Shown: in pieces, positions 59,241 to 64,000 of the stretch
Layout of the letters: each line of letters starts with the position of its first letter
Position numbering within the stretch: position 1 is the stretch's first letter
Origin: Chloroflexota bacterium
GTDB lineage: Bacteria > Chloroflexota > UBA11872 > VXOZ01
NCBI GenBank assembly: GCA_965221905.1
Contig: OZ244922.1
Location: 1,216,001 to 1,280,000, forward strand
Direction: 5' to 3'
Length of the DNA stretch: 64,000 nucleotides
Notes under the pieces: generated by a model
Told to the model about the DNA's origin: nothing
Seen by the model: the letters and a program-made list of their open reading frames with translations, nothing else
The model's database searches: none
Translations under genes and position numbers: made by a program

Positions 59241-59975
59241 ATGAGGTTATACATTATCCGTCACGGCCATGTGACGTACCGGCACGGCATACCCTTGAAT
59301 AGTGTGCCGCCGGAAGAACGGAGCTACTTACCCGATCCCGCGCTCACTGAAGTTGGCCGGAAACAGGCCGTGTTGCTTGGTGAGCATCTAAGTAGAAGAT
59401 TGGAACTAGAGGATCAACCGCAGCCGCTGCCCGACGATCGATCGGGCTTCGCGATTACGCGCCTCTTCTGTAGCCCGATGCGGCGGGCGCTCCAGACGGC
59501 GCAGCCCGTGGCAGCCGCGCTTGGCCTCCGGGCTGAGATTTGGCTGGACCTGCACGAATTGGGCGGTACACGGCACGACGAAGGTGACGGTCGCGGTGCG
59601 CGGGGATTTCCGGGGCTCTCCCGCGCGGAGGTGGAAGAGCAGTTCCCCGGCTTCATCATTCCAAAAGACTTCTCAAATGCCGGTTGGTGGAACCGACCAC
59701 CCGAGCGAGAGGTTGAGTATCTCCCACGTTTGGTGGGCGTGGCGAAAGCCTTGCGCACCATGGCAAAGAGCAAAGATGAGCACGTTGCCATCATTACTCA
59801 CGGTACCGCGGCCAGCCATATCTTGCATGCCTTGCTCGGCAGCAATGCTCACGAAGACTTTAATTTCAACCACTCCAACACGGGTATCACCAGCCTGACG
59901 TTCAGAGAGAATGAGATCGTTCTCCGCTACATGAATCGTCTGGAACATTTACCAGATGAGCTAATTACGCTCTAG
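59241..59975 (+). CDS. histidine phosphatase family protein
   Basis: IRHG, LT..G..QA, SPM.RA.QTA, THG, N...HL. Confidence 0.9.
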   Translation: MRLYIIRHGHVTYRHGIPLNSVPPEERSYLPDPALTEVGRKQAVLLGEHLSRRLELEDQPQPLPDDRSGFAITRLFCSPMRRALQTAQPVAAALGLRAEIWLDLHELGGTRHDEGDGRGARGFPGLSRAEVEEQFPGFIIPKDFSNAGWWNRPPEREVEYLPRLVGVAKALRTMAKSKDEHVAIITHGTAASHILHALLGSNAHEDFNFNHSNTGITSLTFRENEIVLRYMNRLEHLPDELITL

Positions 59976-60417
59976 CGGTGTCGTTAGCTAGGGAGAAAGT
60001 GAAGCGATCCGGTTTCAGAGCGGAGGGCCGCTTTTACCCCTTGCGGTAGCGCTCACTGCAAAGTCACAGATATGGGGTAGCCGTTGGCGAGCTTGTCACA
60101 CCCTTTACGGGTGTACTACATTAGACGTGGATGCTTGGGAGTGGATAAGAGCGACTCTGGGAGTCGGATAGAGTTGCTTTCAGGCGGCTAGGAAACTTGT
60201 GTCCTGGTTTCGGCCAGACAACTCGAAAGACTCACAAAATACGTGACGCTGTGCCAGCGTGAAGACTTGCAGTTTGTGAGGTACGTAATTCGCTTTCTTG
60301 GCGCCTCTTGCTTAGTGGCAAAGCTATAGAACTCGACCCTACGTACCTCATTTAGTAGGTTCTACTTGGGCTGAATTCGGCGGCGTTTTGCGTTCTTACC
60401 TAGTGGAGAGAGTTAGC

Positions 60418-60828
60418 ATGAACCAATTTCGAGTTTCATTTAAGCACGTAGCGCTGCTGGGTCTCGTTGTGGTCTTACTCGTCGGCGGGTGCATCCCGTT
60501 CATTGGCAATGACAATGGAGAAGAGGCCACTCCCACGCCCTCGCCGACCATCACTATAATTCGGCCGAGCCCTACGCCAGATACGGAGCCGACTGCGCCG
60601 CCGGCTGAAGAGACCATGTATGTAGTAGAGTCTGGCGACACGTTGAGTACCATTGCTGATGAGTTTCCGGGCGTGACGTGGCAAGATATCGCCAGTGCGA
60701 ACAATCTTCAGGACCCATACGCTCTATCCATCGGCCAAGAACTGAACATTCCCCCGCCGCCGGGCCAGGTACCTACGCCTACCCCAGCGGGACCCACCGT
60801 GGTGCAAACGCCCGAGCCGAAGAACTAG
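60418..60828 (+). CDS. LysM domain lipoprotein
   Basis: lipobox-like VGGC, P/T-rich linker, YVVESGDTL..IA...I..AN...L.IGQ.L.IP. Confidence 0.9.
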   Translation: MNQFRVSFKHVALLGLVVVLLVGGCIPFIGNDNGEEATPTPSPTITIIRPSPTPDTEPTAPPAEETMYVVESGDTLSTIADEFPGVTWQDIASANNLQDPYALSIGQELNIPPPPGQVPTPTPAGPTVVQTPEPKN

Positions 60829-60854
60829 CAGGGATATAAGAGACGTAGGCATTG

Positions 60855-62126
60855 CTAGAGGGGCCGGATGTCGCCGTCTCCGTAGATGATCCACTTGTAC
60901 GTGGTCATTTCTTCAAGCGCCATTGGACCGCGGGCGTGGAGCTTCTGCGTGCTGATGCCCACCTCTGCGCCGAGACCGAACTGCGCGCCGTCAGTGAATT
61001 GAGTCGAGGCGTTCCAGTAGACGGCAGCGGCGTCCACCTCGCGCATGAAGCGCTGTCCCGCAGTATAGTCTTGCGTAACGATTGCCTCGGAGTGGCCGGA
61101 CGTGTAGGTGTGGAGGTGCTCCATGGCGGCGTCGAAATCATCCACCACCTTCACCGCCATCGTGAGCGCCAGAAACTCCTTGCCCCAATCGTCGTCAATG
61201 GCAGGGAGCACGTGCGGGGATTCCCCGAGGATAGCTTGGGTGCGCGGGCAGCCGTGAATCTCCACGTCGGCCGCAACGAGATCGGGAAAGAGGTTGGGGA
61301 GAAACTGCTGCGCAACGTCTGTGTGCACCAGCAGCGTGTCGAGTGCGTTGCAGATCGAATACCGTCGGGTTTTGGCATTCACCACGATGCGCTGCGCCTT
61401 CTCCAGATCTGCGTGGGCATCCACGTAGGTATGACAGACGCCTGCTCCGGTCTCAATGACGGGTACCGTCGCATTCTCGACGACGAAGTTGATCAGACCG
61501 GCGCCGCCGCGGGGAATTACGAGGTCGATCTCCCCCTTGGCTTGGAGGAGACGGTGCACGTGAGCGCGGTCGGTATCTTCGACGAGCTGCACCCAATGCA
61601 TGGGCGCTCCGGCGGCGACCCCGGCGTCGTGAATCACGTGGGCGAGGGCGACATTCGAGAATATGGCCTCCGAGCCGCCGCGCAGCACAACGGCATTGCC
61701 GGACTTGAAGCAAAGACAGGCGATGTCCGCCGTCACATTTGGCCGCGATTCGTAGATGGCGCCGATAACGCCGAAGGGCACCCGAATCCGACCCACCGTG
61801 ATCCCACTCTCGACCGTGCGCATCGCGGTAACTGCGCCCACCGGGTCTTCCAGAGCGGCTACTTTGCGTACGTCGCCGGCAATCCCCGCGAGGACCTTTG
61901 GCGATAGCGTAAGACGGTCTATCGTGTAGGGATCGAGCCCGGACTGGGTGGCTGCAGCGACATCTTTGCCGTTCTCCGCAATGAGGTATTCAGCCTCTGT
62001 CTCGAGGGCATCGGCCACCGCCAGGAGCACTGAGTTCTTGGCCTTCGTTGAAAGTTGCGCAACGGCGCGGGATGACACACGCGCCTGAGTCAGTATCTCG
62101 GTCAACAAATCTATCGTTATACTCAT
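60855..62126 (-). CDS. proA: glutamate-5-semialdehyde dehydrogenase
   Basis: IYESRPNVT, IPRGG, CNALDT, NAST.F.DG..FG.GAEVGISTQKLHARGP. Confidence 0.97.
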   Translation of the reverse strand: MSITIDLLTEILTQARVSSRAVAQLSTKAKNSVLLAVADALETEAEYLIAENGKDVAAATQSGLDPYTIDRLTLSPKVLAGIAGDVRKVAALEDPVGAVTAMRTVESGITVGRIRVPFGVIGAIYESRPNVTADIACLCFKSGNAVVLRGGSEAIFSNVALAHVIHDAGVAAGAPMHWVQLVEDTDRAHVHRLLQAKGEIDLVIPRGGAGLINFVVENATVPVIETGAGVCHTYVDAHADLEKAQRIVVNAKTRRYSICNALDTLLVHTDVAQQFLPNLFPDLVAADVEIHGCPRTQAILGESPHVLPAIDDDWGKEFLALTMAVKVVDDFDAAMEHLHTYTSGHSEAIVTQDYTAGQRFMREVDAAAVYWNASTQFTDGAQFGLGAEVGISTQKLHARGPMALEEMTTYKWIIYGDGDIRPL

Positions 62127-62262
62127 TGAATTTCCTCCGCCGCCTGCTCCAGGAACGTGGTACTCTTGTACCAACTTTTCCTAATCGCGTAGATATGAAT
62201 AGCTCAACTGCTTGAGCACATGGCTTAAGTATAGTTACCTGGTGTGGGTGACTGCAAAAGAG

Positions 62263-62769
62263 ATGAATCGCGATCGCATGAAGCAGCGTACCAGGGGACC
62301 GAAACCACCGCAGCGCAACCGTAAACGGTCGCGGCGCGCGCAGAAAGAGCATTCTGCGGGCGGCATCGTGTTCCGCGAGGAAGACGGACGGGTTGCGGTG
62401 CTGGTTACGCAGAGCAGCGCTCACGACGGCTGGATATTCCCAAAAGGCCACTTGGAGCAGGGCGAGACCTCAAGCGATGCTGCGGTGCGAGAGGTAAAGG
62501 AAGAAACTGGAGTGGATGCGCGGATCGTAGAGCGCGTCGGCACGATCCGCTATGCTTTTCGCGCGCGGGGCCGGCAAATTGCGAAAACCGCGTTGTTCTA
62601 CTTGATGGAATATGTCGGCGGCAAGACCAGCGACGAGAGTCCGGAAGTGCGGGCCGTGATCTGGGTCCCGCGGAGCCAGGTAGCAGATACCTTGAGTTTT
62701 GCCAATGAAGCCGGACTGTGGGCTAGGGCGCAAGGTCTCCTAGCACAGCGGCTAGTGCGCTCCGCTTGA
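62263..62769 (+). CDS. NUDIX hydrolase
   Basis: PKGHLEQGE....AAVREVKEETG; start uncertain. Confidence 0.9.
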   Translation: MNRDRMKQRTRGPKPPQRNRKRSRRAQKEHSAGGIVFREEDGRVAVLVTQSSAHDGWIFPKGHLEQGETSSDAAVREVKEETGVDARIVERVGTIRYAFRARGRQIAKTALFYLMEYVGGKTSDESPEVRAVIWVPRSQVADTLSFANEAGLWARAQGLLAQRLVRSA

Positions 62770-63352
62770 GCGCGCCTTCCCGGAGGATGTGAGCGGGCTC
62801 TCTCGTGCAGTCAATGACGGTGGAAGGTGTGTTGCCGGACGCGGGTCCGCCATCGAGTATCATGTCTACCGAGTTCCCTAATTGCTCTCGCACCTCTTGA
62901 GCGGATGTGGCAGCCGGTTTGCCGCTCCGGTTGGCGCTCGTGCCGGTGAGGGGAACGCCTGCGGCCTTGAGCAGGGCGATAATTGCCGCATGATTGGGAT
63001 GGCGCACGGCCAGCGTGCTTTCGCCTAGCAGCAGCGAGAGACGCGGTTGCTTTGGCAAGACGATAGTGAGCGCCCCCGGCCAGAACCCCTCCATCAGCAG
63101 TTCCGCGCTTGGCGGAACACGTGTGACCAGTTTCCGCAAGTGGTCGCGGTCCGCAATCAGGACCGGCAGAGACTTTTCATCCGGTCGTTGCTTGGCATCC
63201 ATCACCTTTTCAAGCGCCTGTGGCAGAAAGACGTTGGCGCCAAGCCCGTACACCGTATCCGTGGGAAAGGCGACGATGCCGCCTTCACGCAGTATTGCCG
63301 CGGCGCGCGTGATTGCGGATGGATCGGATGCGGGGAGAATTGTCCCCGTCAT
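62723..63352 (-). CDS. tsaC: L-threonylcarbamoyladenylate synthase (YrdC/Sua5)
   Basis: FPTDTVYGL, K.R, FWPGALT, TSANRSG, STVID, LREG. Confidence 0.93.
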   Translation of the reverse strand: MTGTILPASDPSAITRAAAILREGGIVAFPTDTVYGLGANVFLPQALEKVMDAKQRPDEKSLPVLIADRDHLRKLVTRVPPSAELLMEGFWPGALTIVLPKQPRLSLLLGESTLAVRHPNHAAIIALLKAAGVPLTGTSANRSGKPAATSAQEVREQLGNSVDMILDGGPASGNTPSTVIDCTREPAHILREGALKRSALAAVLGDLAP

Positions 63353-63491
63353 ATTCTTCTCTTGTTGGAGTCAATGCGCACGCTGAAAGTCCGGTTCGGG
63401 CGTAATCCGATTAGAGAACGGGATGTGCCGATGTCGGCTTGGTGGTCGCAATCGCAGGTGTGAGAATTGCGTCAGCGAGATATTCGCCCCA

Positions 63492-64000
63492 TCAGCCACG
63501 CAGTACGTGCTTCTCGATAGCCACGGCGACACCATCCTCTTCATAGGTGACAGTTACAAAGTCTGCCGCCGCCTTTACGCGTGGATCGCCGTTTCCCATC
63601 GCTACGCCGAAACCGGCAGTCTCGACGAGGCTGAGGTCGTTCAGATTGTCTCCTATGCCAACTGTCTGGTCGAGTGAAATATCGAGCACGTTGGCAAGCT
63701 GCGTGAGCGCACGCCCCTTGGATACGTCCGGATGAATTGCCTCGGTGTAGTAAGGGTGTGACTTCGTGATTCCCAAGCGACTGCCGAAGTGATCGGTGAG
63801 TTCCGCGACGAGGCGGTTCGTCTTACTCTCATCGAGATTCACGAGCACGAGTTTGGTGGAGGGATTATCTGGTAAGAAGGCGATGAGATCTGGCACAACC
63901 GTAGCTTCTACACGGGCAATGCGCATGTAAACCTCTGCCTCAGGCGTAAGGCTCTCAACGTGTAACCGGTCATCGGCAAAGGCGTTCACTTGAATGCCCC
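63492..64000 (-). CDS. Cof-type HAD hydrolase, 5'-truncated by window edge
   Basis: VSKG.AL, GD..ND, GVAMGN, EDGVA. Confidence 0.88.
   Translation of the reverse strand, partial: GIQVNAFADDRLHVESLTPEAEVYMRIARVEATVVPDLIAFLPDNPSTKLVLVNLDESKTNRLVAELTDHFGSRLGITKSHPYYTEAIHPDVSKGRALTQLANVLDISLDQTVGIGDNLNDLSLVETAGFGVAMGNGDPRVKAAADFVTVTYEEDGVAVAIEKHVLRG

Noticed and set aside
60360-60385. c-di-AMP (ydaO) riboswitch from GGGCTGAAT
   Set aside because: The other conserved elements are missing

Overview
GC-rich bacterial chromosomal segment, probably Chloroflexota (inferred from gene content and REP types, not proven). Most of it is housekeeping or metabolic: xdhC pair, grpE-dnaJ-MTase-prmA, an ABC exporter, selD, degV, tldD/pmbA, tRNA-Leu(GAG), tmRNA, rnhA, phoU, rho, mutS, dcd, proA, tsaC, sugar-type oxidoreductases and a GAF histidine kinase with two receivers. 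I found no CRISPR array, integrase, transposase or prophage structural genes. Signals the ORF track misses: (1) selD reads through an in-frame UGA (CAGU motif) with a SECIS-like hairpin; (2) a HesB/IscA-type carrier appears to have a C-terminal selenocysteine and a reversed ligand order (CGC...U); (3) a near-consensus promoter drives a candidate ~250-nt multi-helix RNA (40880-41133), next to a hairpin-flanked 47-aa sORF; (4) a lower-GC DUF6978 + DUF1828/1829 + DUF4926 module that looks like a defence or toxin-antitoxin system; (5) non-canonical starts (CTG for rho, ATA for a flavin monooxygenase); (6) short tandem arrays, several REP families, a frameshifted Vgb-like lyase and a probable hicA remnant. 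All calls come from reading the sequence; no database searches or folding programs were run.
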